From: the human T2T-CHM13v2.0 reference genome, Homo sapiens
Length of the DNA: 64,000 nt
Assembly (NCBI RefSeq): GCF_009914755.1
Contig: NC_060932.1
Strand: one strand, 5' to 3'
The notes below the pieces were generated by a model. The model ran no database searches and had not been told where the DNA came from. It saw nothing but the letters and a program-made list of their open reading frames with translations. Every line of letters starts with the position of its first letter. The stretch's first letter is position 1. Both the position numbers and the translations under genes were made by a program. Positions 12,858 to 24,762 of this stretch are shown here, in pieces.

Positions 12858-13081
12858 TTGGTAGTAAGTTGACCCTTTTATACTTTGGGGACTGGGAAAA
12901 ATAATCCATGGGTGTTTACTACAGGAAAAAATGGAGGCTTATAGGGATGCTCTTGGCCTCAGGGAGGCAATACTGAAAGTCTGTATCAGCTTCCTGGTAG
13001 AGCCCCTGGCCTGGACCCAGCCCTCTCGGCCTGCTAGCAGTGGAAGCTGTGTTTGGCCTTACAAAAACAAAACAAAACAAA
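12858..13081 (+). other. Putative orphan retroposed insertion (unrecognised sequence plus A-rich tail) with a 16-bp TSD
   Basis: Exact direct repeat aaaactttattataac at 12842-12857 and 13082-13097; tail acaaaaacaaaacaaaacaaa (13061-13081) abuts the second copy. Confidence 0.65.
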
Positions 13082-14650
13082 AAAACTTTATTATAACAGC
13101 CTTTTTGTTATTGGGACCTGAAAATTCACTGTTGTAAATGTCTTTCTTTTAAGTCTCCTGATTTGAAATATTTCACTTGTTTTTCTCTTATTCTTTTTTC
13201 CCCTTTCTGCTCTCCCCACAGTTTCTGGTAATTATGAGAACCTTGGATTTATCCTTCCAAAGACTCTCTCCATTTTTTGCCAATTCCAATTTGTTCTGAA
13301 TCCTGAAATAAATGAAATAAATAATAAATGAAAAGGCCAGAGGCAACGGCACTGTCACCCTGCACACCCAGGGGAGAACCCAGAGGTTGTAGGACGCTCT
13401 CTGCAGAGAAGATGGAAAACAATGTCTCAGGGGCCCAATTATTTACTGTAGCTGCTGAAATGAGATGATTTATATCGGTGACAAGGCTGTCCTGGAATAG
13501 TAGCCAAGTGTATAAATTTAGATCTATTATATAAAAAAACCATCCCTGGGCCCCAAAGAGTCCAACTTAAAAAGAAATTAAATGACTCTTGGTTGTACAT
13601 ATACATTCTGCACTTTATACATAGAGACAGGTATTTGCTATTTAATGATTACTGGATATTCTAACATATCTAATTGGTGTAGGTTCAAGAAGCTGAGAAT
13701 ATAACCATTTTGTGTCTCAAATTTATAAGGTCATACCAAATAATTTGAGCTAGGCCATACATAGGTTGAAGAGAAGAAACTTTTAATTAAGGACCAGCTT
13801 TAATTTTCTGGTGCATTATATGAATAACCAAAGTATTTAACTGGCCATGACCTTGGTAGAGAAATATGCAAGGGTTAAGCTCACTAGATTGAGATCAAGA
13901 TTTGATTCCTTCAAAACAACACCCTACAAGGTCACGTACTGAAATGAGAAATTCAGAATGTCAAATAGCAATGCTAGTTCCATTGGACGAGGATCAAAAG
14001 GAAATTCATTAAAGCCCTGGGAGAGTCCAAAGCACAGAATTCCCAGGCCTTAGTTATCAGGAGAAAGGAGACAGTCATTGGCTAAAGCTCAGAGGATCAG
14101 GTTGCTGCATCGTCAAGATAGTTGATAGTGAAGTTTTTTGAGGGTGTACGTGATCAGTTAAAGAAAAGTAAGCACTCAGCCTGAATATATACACTTACAC
14201 ATATACATGGTTCACTACATATCATGTACATTATAAAATGCACACAAAAACAAAAACTCAGAAAGCAACAATAAGAAGATGCAAATAAAAAGGAATAATT
14301 AGATGTTCCCTAATACTTTCAATACCTCTTCACTGATTACAGCAATTTCACTGAGATTTAAAGATAAGTATAAAGGTTATAGAAACAGTACTGGGATGGG
14401 GTGAAGGACAAGAAATGGCAGACATCAGAGACTGTGGACATTTTTTGGTTTGCCTGCCCAGTACCTAATGTTCAAGAAAACAGGTAGTGGTGGGTAATAA
14501 GGATATCATTATAATTGCTCAGCCTCCCAATAAGATTTTATTCTCTTCCTTGTGACAGCGAAGGGCAGTACCCAAGAGAGGTATCTTCCTTATTTGCCCT
14601 CACCCCACCACTCCTTGGACTCCACTTTCCTATTATCTACATGGCAGTAG

Positions 14651-15098
<448 letters not shown>

Positions 15099-15109
15099 TA
15101 AATCAACTA

Positions 15110-15228
15110 CAAAGAATAATTGTTTGTAGTTGAAAATATCAGAGATGCTCCCACCCGGGAAAGTCTGTTTTAGTTGGTCTGCTGTGGGCCTGGAAATCTG
15201 CATTTTATAAGTATCCAGATGATGACAA
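15110..15228. mobile_element. MER5-like hAT-Charlie fragment
   Basis: cagagatgctcccaccc...tctgttttagttggtctgctgtgggcctggaaatctgcatttt...ccagatgat. Confidence 0.7.
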
Positions 15229-15679
15229 GGCAGGTGACTGACAGCAGCCATAAGGAAGGAGATAGACTTCCAGATCCTGACTCCTTAGGCAGCCGTGGCT
15301 CAGGTTCCATCCTCCCTACACCCGTTTTTCTGAAGAAGGAAGGTCAGAAGATATTGACTGTGGGGAATATGTCAGAGACTCTCTAGCAAGAGGTCAGAGA
15401 GGTAGACTTGAGTAGGTCCCCTGAACATCAGTTACACTAAGATCCACAGATGCCCTCGGGCAGCACCATTGCAGTGATCTCCTCCAATGACCCATCCACA
15501 GGGGCTGAGCTCAGCTACCCTACCTTCAGCTCCAATCCCTGACAACACGGCCTTTCTGCAGGGCATCTTAGCACTCAGGAAGCACAATGGGTGAGGAGTC
15601 ATGGGACAGCCTCAGGATTCTGTGAAGGGGTAAGGGTAAGAAAAAGTACTGAGGGACTGTGAGATGAGAGAGCATTCAA

Positions 15680-15940
15680 GACTTTGGGTGTGTGGTAGAG
15701 ATAGATTGAGGGGTGCTATTATAATTAGAAATATACATGGTGGCAGACAGTGAAGGGTATTGAAATGCTATTATGGAGTCGGATATGATTAATTAAGCAA
15801 TGAGAGCCTCTGAAGGTGTTTTCAACAGGGTAAATAGGCATAATAGGTAGAGCTTAAGGAAAGTAATCTCATGGCAATATGAGGATGTATTAGAGGCATG
15901 GGAATGTGAATGCAAGAAAACCAGGTTCAATAACTGTAGG
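15680..15940 (-). mobile_element. L2 fragment
   Basis: ggcagacagtgaagggtattgaaatgc...gcaatgagagcctctgaaggtgttttcaacaggg...aggaaagtaatctcatggcaatatgagg. Confidence 0.7.
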
Positions 15941-16389
15941 TTTAATAAGTCACTATTTTTGACAGCTTATTAAGGAATTAACTGAGGAATTAATGAGGAC
16001 TTAGCCACTAAGAAACCTAGTGATAGTGATAAAAAAAGGAAATTCTCATGTATATTGCTGCCTACCTAGAAATACGTGGCTACCTATTTAGAGATTAATG
16101 CATATACATGGTCCCATCACAGCCTTAAAATAAATTAACATGTTTGAAAATGTACCCTCCACTCCCAAACCTTACTTCCAACTCCTAACCCACACCACAC
16201 CCATTATGACCAAGGAGACAAAACAAATTTAAGGACTTCATAATTGAATTTAATTTTGCACACAGAGAAATTCTTTTTGGTGTTGCTTTGGATTTAAACA
16301 ACAGAAGAAGGATAGCCTTTTTGTCCAGAATGAGAAGGAAATGCTGAAAAAAAAAAAAAAAGCAACATATCCTGGATTGCCTCCATAAC

Positions 16390-16515
16390 AACTGTCACTG
16401 TATTTTACATGTCTGTTTCCCCATTAGATTATAAGGTTCTTGAGGGCAGGGTCCATATCTCTTGTGCATTGTGCTAGTCCCAACAACAAGAGCAATGACT
16501 AGTTAATATGCAGAA
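16390..16515 (+). mobile_element. L2 3'-end fragment
   Basis: tttacatgtctgtttccccattagattataaggttcttgagggcagggtccatatct. Confidence 0.85.
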
Positions 16516-17057
16516 GTCCTGTGAAATGATCTTGATACAATAAATTGTTCAGGTCCATTAGAATGCCATAGAAATAATGTCATAACTCACTAGTGGAAAT
16601 AGCTTATTTTAAAACCCTACTGATTTGCCAAACAAATCCAGGTCTCTAATGCTAAGGCCAAGTGACCTGACTCATTTCTCACACCCTGGAAGGCCCTCTA
16701 CCAAACATGTTCACACATTGAAGGAGGGAATCCTCCCCTCACCTTATGTGTGTGTTTGTCCTGTTTCTGTCCCAGGGACCACATTCTGAGATGTCCCATT
16801 TGTGTGTTACAAGAATAAATGCATCACTGCAAATGTAATTGTAGCTCCTCTGAGAACTGAATGCTCTTCTATTTATTTTCTTGACTTATGCATATTTGAT
16901 AGGTTGAGGTTGCAATACTAACCTTGCTCAATATCTGAAAAGAATATCTTGATTCATGAATTCTGTAAACATTTATTAAATTACAGCATGTTATGTGATG
17001 ATAAGGATCGACGGAAGGGAGCTAAAGGAAGAACTGTTTACATAATTTCACAGAGGA

Positions 17058-17470
17058 TGTACTAGGATAGAATAACTGCTATAACAAGCAACCTCCAATT
17101 TCAGTGGCCATGCACAATACAACCTCCAATTTCAGTGGCCGTGCACAGTACAAGATGATACCTGGCTCACTCATGCAAGATTCACTGCAGATATCCCTGG
17201 TTAAACAGCTTTCCTAGGGTGCTCTCCTCTATGTGTCCCTTAGGGACTCAAGCTCCTTTCACCTCCTGACACTGTTGTCCTCAGCATGTGATCTGTAAGT
17301 CCCCATGGAAGAGAAAGCAAGAGAGTAAAAGATCAAGCATAGGAGATTTCAATAGGCCAGTACTGGAAGTGGCAGAGATCAGCAAGGATAATGGTAAATC
17401 GAGTTTAGCAGTAAACACAGAAGGAAAAGGAAGCGGGTTTGGAGAATACACAGCATTGTTTCTGCCAGAG
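17058..17470 (-). mobile_element. Old MLT1 (J/K/L-like) MaLR LTR containing a 31-bp tandem duplication
   Basis: ggatagaataactgctataacaagcaacctccaatttcagtggc...cttagggactcaagctcctttcacc...ggccagtactggaagtggca; duplicated unit at 17089-17119 and 17120-17150. Confidence 0.7.
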
Positions 17471-18206
17471 TATAAAGTTTCTGATGATCTGTCAGTGAAT
17501 TTTTTCCTATAATGAGGCCTAAATCAGCCAAGCACAAACTAAAAAGCAATGTTGTATGGTGGGGAGCTATAATTATTATTTTATATTATATGAATTATAT
17601 TCTAATTATTGTACATATTTGATAGCACTATTTTCTGTCAAATCCCTGATAATTATAGCCCCAGCCATCTCCATTTCCAAATCTTTCTTCTGAACTTTAG
17701 CATTAATTCACCCTAGTACCCATTCAAAAATCAGGCTGTTGCATTTTAAATGGTTATTTTACAAGAGTGATCCTCTTTTTTCATGCTAGTAAAGATGACC
17801 TTTATAAATTCTAAGACCTAATCATTTTAGTTAATTCAAAACAGGTGGAAAATACCTCATAGGAAGTCATTTGTTATGCACAAGATCAAGCTGAAATGTC
17901 ATCACCTCTCTGTAACTCTCTCTCCTTGAGACTTCCTTTCCCAGATAGAATTAATTGCCCCTCATCTGTGTTTTCACAGCATTTTATACACACTGAGTTT
18001 TAGAATGAATCTCTTTATAGTACAGTCATGTGCTACATAATGACATTTCAGTCAACGACAGACCACATATACAACAGGGGTCCTAGAAGATTATAATACC
18101 ATAATCTTAATGTACCTTTTCTATGTTCAGATATGTTCAGATACACAGATGCTTATCATTGTGTTATAGTTGCCTACAGTATTCAGTACAGTAACAAGCC
18201 GTATAG

Positions 18207-18737
<531 letters not shown>

Positions 18738-19049
18738 CTGTATAGGTTTATAGCCTAGGAGTCATAGGCTATACCATATAGCCTAGAAATGTAGTAGGCT
18801 CTACAATCCAGGTTTGTGTAAGCACACTCTGTGATATTCACACAATGATGTAATCACCTAACAATGCATTTCTCAGAATGTGTCCTCATTATTAAGCAGC
18901 ACGTGACTCTGTAATTATTTGCTTACATATTTGTCTTCCCCTTAGACTTGAGCTCTTTTGGGCTAAGGGAATATGTGTCTTTAGTGCCTAAAAGAATTGC
19001 TGGCTCATAACAGGCACAGAATACACGCCACAACTGAGGTGATGCATCC

Positions 19050-19210
19050 TCAGTTGTACTCCTTGGAGCACTGTGTCTACACCACCATGATAGCTCTTAC
19101 AAAACAGTACTGCAACTTATTTTATGTTTTTATGTGTCTCTCTGGCTACTAAACTGTGAGGTCTTTGGGGCAGGAATAATATCTTTTGTGCCAATTGCCT
19201 AGCATATTTT
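19050..19210 (+). mobile_element. L2 3'-end fragment
   Basis: atgtgtctctctggctactaaactgtgaggtctttggggcaggaataatatctttt...tgcctagca. Confidence 0.7.
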
Positions 19211-19909
19211 TCTATACGTTCAAAGCCCCACTTGTTCCAAAACTGATTTTGTATGCTTTATACTAAACATAGTGCATTAGGATAAAAAATAGATAACTGA
19301 AGAAATCATGTCAGAGAGTAAATAAGGGTAGGAAAAAAGAGTCCAAGAGTGAGACGAATACATAAAATGCCTGGCAGAACATACTATACTGGATTTGTGA
19401 AAAGTCAACCACGAACTTGGCTCTGAGCTTTCTAGTAGTCAAAGCAAGAAGGGCTACATTCTTAGTAACAAAATGTAGTAACTAAAGAGTTCAAGCAAAC
19501 TGTTTTCTTGAGGCAATGGTGGTTTGTTTTGGTGTTTTAAATTTTCGTTTCTGTTTCTCAGCTACTCGTGGTTTTTGCCAAACCAGGTGTTATAACCATG
19601 AACTGAATATTTGACTGTTTACATATAGACCTAGGAACTGTTGCTAAAGGATGAGAGATGACATCTTTCTTCTAAGCTCTAAGATGAAGTTCCAGGAGAT
19701 TCATAGAAAACAAAGGATCACAACACAAATTACAATAGCCCCTCATTTCTCTCTTTCCTCCCAGGCCCCTGATGTCACCAATCCAGAAATAAGGGCACAT
19801 AGGCCCTAGGATGCCTTCAACAAGACCAAATTAAGGAGCAAATGATCTCTTCTACCTGGTCCAGAATGTCTACCTAATAATGGCATCAACCACCAGCCAC
19901 AGTGTATGC

Positions 19910-20100
19910 CAGTACTCAAATGCTGGTATCAAGCTAGCTGCGTATAAATTACCGGGGGAGTTGTGGGGCAGGGAACTTACATCTTTAATGGATATTTCAG
20001 AAAATTCTAATTTACTCAGTCCTAATGGAAGCCCAGAAATCCATATTTTTAAAAATCTCCCAGGTGATTCTGATGAATGGCTAAGTTTGCAAAATCCACC
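19910..20100. mobile_element. MER5A/B-like hAT-Charlie MITE
   Basis: aaattctaatttactcagtcctaatggaagcccagaaatccatatttttaaaaatctcccaggtgattctgatg...aagtttgcaaaatccac. Confidence 0.8.
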
Positions 20101-20435
20101 AATACATTTTCTTTATATAAAAATATAAGTGAAATTTCCATGAATTTATTTTTTTTTTGTTTCCATTCCACCACTCCTAGTTTCTGTAGCTTACTACATC
20201 TGTTTCTACATATACAGCTACAAGAGACAACTCCCTTCCCTCACTGGTGAGAGATACAGCCCATCAATGCTGTGGCCCCAACCTGGCATTTAGGGTTTGA
20301 GGAATGATTAATTCATGGGCTCTATATTATCCAAAGAAGTATATTAGTAGAGATATAAAATTTCTGACAGACAATATCTACCATGCTAACAAATCAATCC
20401 AGGAATCAAAGAAATTGCTTCCATTATGCAACACC

Positions 20436-20750
20436 AACAATAACAACTGACAGCTATCAAGTACTTAATGTGGGCGAGGTACTGGACTGTGTGCTCTATA
20501 GGACTTTTCACTTAATATCCCAGAAGTGCCCTATGAAGTAGATATCATCATTTCCACTTTATAGCTAAAGTAAGAGTATTTATTAAAAAATATTTATTAA
20601 AGTAAGAATATTTATTCTTACATTACAGGTAAGAATAACAAGAGGTAAAAGAATTAAGTGACTTGTCTACAGTTTCACAGATAGAAAATAGCAAAACCAG
20701 GGTTTGGCTCTAGGCAATCCAACCTTGCTCTTCACCTGCTCACTATCCTC
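20436..20750 (-). mobile_element. MIR with an internal rearranged insertion
   Basis: aagtacttaatgtgggcgaggtactgg...ccctatgaagtagatatcatcatttccactttatag, then ~70 bp of scrambled repeat, then aattaagtgacttgtctacagtttcacag. Confidence 0.8.
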
Positions 20751-21959
20751 CCAGAAGCCAGGGAGGACATCTTAAAATTAATATGTGTTCGAACTGAAAG
20801 CCCAACCCTACTTTGGCTAAGGTATTTTTAACTTTTACAAAATGAAAGAAAATATTTGATACCTTTAATAAGAGTGAGTTTGCTAAAATTTAGCAGATGT
20901 ATAATGCTGGAAACCACCCCCAAAATACTATAGATCAGGATATCTACTTCATTTATTCCCACTGCAGATGTTCTAGAAAAGGAATTGTATTTAGGACTGT
21001 ATCTTGCACATAAAGGCTTCCGGTCCTCTCTAAGTAATAAACTAATGCATAAAAGAATGAATGAATGAAAAAAGAGAAAAATCAAAGAGAAGGAAGTTGG
21101 GAGAAAAGATCTAAGATATGTTGTATTTTAGCCAGATTTTATAGTATTTTCATGCAAACAATTCAAACATTGGGAATCCATTTCATCACTCTAGACCCTA
21201 TCTGTGAAAGGAAGGATTTGGCCTACGTAATTACTCAGTTTTCTTGTAGCTCTTTTAAGACAGATTCTGTGACCACTCAGATCTCACAGAAAGGCAAATT
21301 TCTAGGGGAGTCTAAGATTTTTCTCCTTATTTTATATACGTAATCAAGATAGTTTAAAAAAACACTTGCGATTTTATGGCTCCTTATACCAATATTTTTT
21401 GGCTCATACACACATATCTAAGAATTGCTTTCACGTGAGATCAGAGAATTGAAGTTACTAAATAAATAATACCTGAGGGAACCATGTCAGTGAGTTTATT
21501 TATTCTGGGACCTTCAGGCTTTGGATACAAAAAGAGCACATCACGCTTCACACAGAGCACATCTGAAGTGCATACATTTGTTCAGCAGATGCATTTATAT
21601 CTCAGGAATCATCTGGGCATGTGTAAATTTCCCTATATTGGTAGCTGTAGACATGAAGGAATATTACCAACATCCTAGAGAAAGGATCATGAAACTCCAC
21701 AAGACTAAGGGAATGAGTATGGATGAAAGTGGAACATCTAGGAGAGTGCACTTACTGAAAGCACCAGTGTATGTTGCATCCCCACTCCTACCTCTGGTCA
21801 CATTCATATCCATGCACACACATGTGCAAGTACAGACCCATACACAACTGGCGTGAATAAAAGAGAGTCCCCACTGTCAGGTAGAGACCCAGGGCCATGT
21901 GAAAAAGCTGAGTCTGGTGGAAGAATGTAAGCCTAGGGCGCTCCTTCCTAGAATCCATA

Positions 21960-22105
21960 TAGCATGTTTGTCTCCTTCTACAGTAAGTTTCTTGAGAGAT
22001 GGATCTTGCTTATTCATTTGTATCCTTGGCATCCTACATAGGGCTGGGCAGAATCAGCTTTCAATACATAAGTCTGCTAAAAGATTGAGTAAATTAATCA
22101 ATAAA
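21960..22105 (+). mobile_element. L2 3' end
   Basis: tgtttgtctccttctacagtaagtttcttgagagatggatcttgcttattcatttgtatcc...catagggctgggcaga. Confidence 0.75.
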
Positions 22106-22224
22106 GGAGTGAACACTGTATTCAAACAATCCAGCGTAGACTACAGCCCCCATAGAATGACCATCATAGCTTCCTGACTGCTCCTGCTGCCTGGACATGT
22201 GCCAGACAATACTAATGCCTTCTG

Positions 22225-22455
22225 TTATTAGCGTGCTTTAAAAGTTACTAAGGATGTTCATGTCTGTTAAACTCGTTTTATACCCACAACAACCTCTTGT
22301 TGGGAAGGCAGACACCTTGATCCCAACTTTATATATTAGGGAACTATGGGGCACAGAAGTAAAGTAATGTCTCAGTTCACACATCAGTGGACCTTACTGA
22401 TAGAAATGGAACTCAAGCCAAAGCCTAGTTATTACTCCCTGCCTACTGTTCCACT
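22225..22455 (-). mobile_element. MIR fragment
   Basis: cccacaacaacctctt...atcccaactttatatattagggaactatggggcacagaagtaaagtaatgtctcagttcacaca. Confidence 0.7.
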
Positions 22456-22459
22456 GGAA

Positions 22460-22790
22460 GATGTGTATATCCAGTGAAAGATATATAAGATATATACATA
22501 TACAGACATATATGTAGATATGGATATATATATACCTTCCAATGGAAGAGTAGGCAGAGTACAGTAGAAAAGTGGCACACACACACACACATAGTACATT
22601 CTAATTACTCATGGTATTCCATAAAGTCTCTGCAAACACTCAGTTAGCAAATATGAAACTGTTGTTCCTAAGGATGAGCACTTGTGTGTGTGTGTGTGTA
22701 TGTATATACACACTATATGTGTGTACAAATGTATACATATATTGTGTGTGTATATATATATATATATACACAGAATGATATAAATATGTA
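22460..22790. repeat. Low-complexity (TA)n/(CA)n/(TG)n microsatellite cluster
   Basis: Interrupted tatatac, cacacac and gtgtgtgtgta tracts. Confidence 0.85.
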
Positions 22791-22825
22791 GATTGATCAC
22801 CATCTTAAATCCTAAAAAATAACTT

Positions 22826-22961
22826 AAAATGTAAAAGGCTTTGGAAACGTGGATTCTATCTTCTGATATACATATACATCAACTTACAATTAAATATGAA
22901 GTAGTGTTCAGCTAAAGATGTGCAGTGCTTTGCTACAGGTAAGACATTGGTAATAGATTGG
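22826..22961. repeat. Copy 1 of a ~135-bp local direct duplication
   Basis: aaaatgtaaaaggctttggaaacgtggattctatcttctgatat...atatgaagtagtgttcagctaaagatgtg...aatagattgg recurs at 24619-24762. Confidence 0.95.
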
Positions 22962-23110
22962 TAGATTCTATTTTCTTTATTTTACAAGTGAGAAAATGAG
23001 GCTCAGAAAAGTTGAGACTTGACTGAAGCTACCCCACTAACAGGCACCAGGGTTGGGATTCAGACCCTATCCAACTGGCCCCAGAGCCAGAGCTTCTTGT
23101 CCTACACTGC
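22962..23110 (-). mobile_element. MIR fragment
   Basis: tattttacaagtgagaaaatgaggctcagaaaagttgagacttgactgaagct...gggattcagaccc...ggccccagagcc. Confidence 0.85.
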
Positions 23111-23164
23111 CCTGCCCCTCTACTGCCTGCATCCTCTGGTGACCTCTGTATGAGAGGACACAAG

Positions 23165-23350
23165 AACAGAGGAACGTCTTGTTTAAACCTCACCTGGGAA
23201 TTCGTACATAGCAAGTCTCAAATTTTTCATGCTCTGCATGTACCTGAATGACTGTGAAAGCACCAGCAATATTGATTTCGGAGTTACAAATAAATATTAG
23301 TGAAGAGGTGAATTCACAGATATGGACTCGGTGAATGATGAAGATTGACT
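23165..23350 (-). mobile_element. TcMar-Tigger MITE end (MER82-like)
   Basis: cctcacctgggaa...tcaaatttttcatgctctgcatg...attgatttcggagttacaaataaatattagtga...gtgaattcacagatatggactcggtgaatgatgaagattgact. Confidence 0.8.
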
Positions 23351-24044
23351 AATAAATATCATATCATAATCGTATGGTACCATATCGTATCATATCATAG
23401 GAATGACCTTTCCCCTACATCTGGTCTCTTGGACAAGGGAAGCAAGACCAGGTTTGTGATAACAGGGCTGAGGCACCAATAGGCAACAGTGGCTTTTGCC
23501 AGTTTTCTACTTCTACATTTAGTCCTCTTCCAGTCTGCTGGCTAGACAGACATAGTTACTTCTGGCTTTCATGGTCCTTGTAACACTTGTGGGCACTGAA
23601 CCAATGTAAAAAGAGAGGGGGAGATGTATTTCACACAAAGGACTCAGTTTTCTCTTACTCTGCCTTCAGCACAGGGAAAGAGAGACCATTGCCAACAGGG
23701 TGGGAGTGTGAGATGCAGTGAGGAAGCCATAGCAAGCCAGAGAATGCAGAGGCAAGAAATTCTAATCAAGAGCTTCAGGGAAGACAGCTCTGTGGTGTGG
23801 TCATCAAGAGCAACACTCTCGACTTTGAACTGGCATTAGGCCTGTTTGACATCTAAACAGCACAGCTGCAATAGTCTTGGACCAGCCAACAAAGCAATGG
23901 TTGCAAGTCAGGGAACACACAGAAGTGCCCAAGGTGGAGAAAGCAGAGCACCTTCTACGTTGGTCTCTGCAACTAAAGAGAGACCAATCGCATTGATTGC
24001 ACGACTGGAGAGAGTGATTAGATCAGCATCTCTGAGCTAACTGC

Positions 24045-24280
24045 TACTTCATGAGCCTCTGCTCCCTATGGGCCCTGTGTCAGTCACTTGGCACATACTA
24101 GATATTTAATTCTGACAAGAACACAGTCTGGTGGATTATTGTGCTCTTTCCACCAATGAACAAACGAAGCCTTGAAGAGGTGAAGTGACTTGCCTAAGGC
24201 CATTCAACCAGTCACAGGGGCAAAGCCAGGATTTCAGCCTAGAGTTCTCTGAAGCCAATGGCCATGTTTTTTCCACTACA
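24045..24280 (-). mobile_element. MIR
   Basis: atttaattctgacaagaacac...gaagaggtgaagtgacttgcctaaggccattcaaccagt...ggcaaagccaggattt. Confidence 0.8.
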
Positions 24281-24618
24281 CAGATACTTAGATGCCTTCC
24301 ACAGTTCTGGAGAGAAATATAGATGTGGATCTAAAAATAGCTGGCAGGAGTTTCCCGACACTAGAATTCTCTGTTTTATTTAATAATGAAGCCAAATTAA
24401 AGGGCCCACTCTGAGGAAAAAGGAAAATGCAATTCATCAAATTGATGGCTTGTGTTCTTATATTAGGAAATTGACCTTCTGAGCTGAGTATTTCAATCTA
24501 CGTGGTGATAATGTGTGTGTTCTAATAACTATAGATTTTTCATTCTCATTATCACAAAAGAAATAATTTGTTATAAAAGGCACAGTTCCAAAGGCATCTG
24601 ACTACCCTTACTGAAAAA

Positions 24619-24762
24619 AAAATGTGAAAGGCTTTGGAAATATGTGGATTCTATCTTCTGATATGTACACATCAATTTAACAATTTAATATGAAGTAGTG
24701 TTCAGCTAAGGATGTGTGGTGCTTTGCTAAATGCAAGACATTTGAAAAAAACAATAGATTGG
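24619..24762. repeat. Copy 2 of the ~135-bp local direct duplication
   Basis: aaaatgtgaaaggctttggaaatatgtggattctatcttctgatat...atatgaagtagtgttcagctaaggatgtg...aatagattgg. Confidence 0.95.

Noticed and set aside
12858-13063. Naming the orphan insert as an H/ACA snoRNA retrogene
   Set aside because: The terminal ACA may simply be part of the A-rich tail, there is no correctly placed ANANNA H box, and I do not recognise a known snoRNA.
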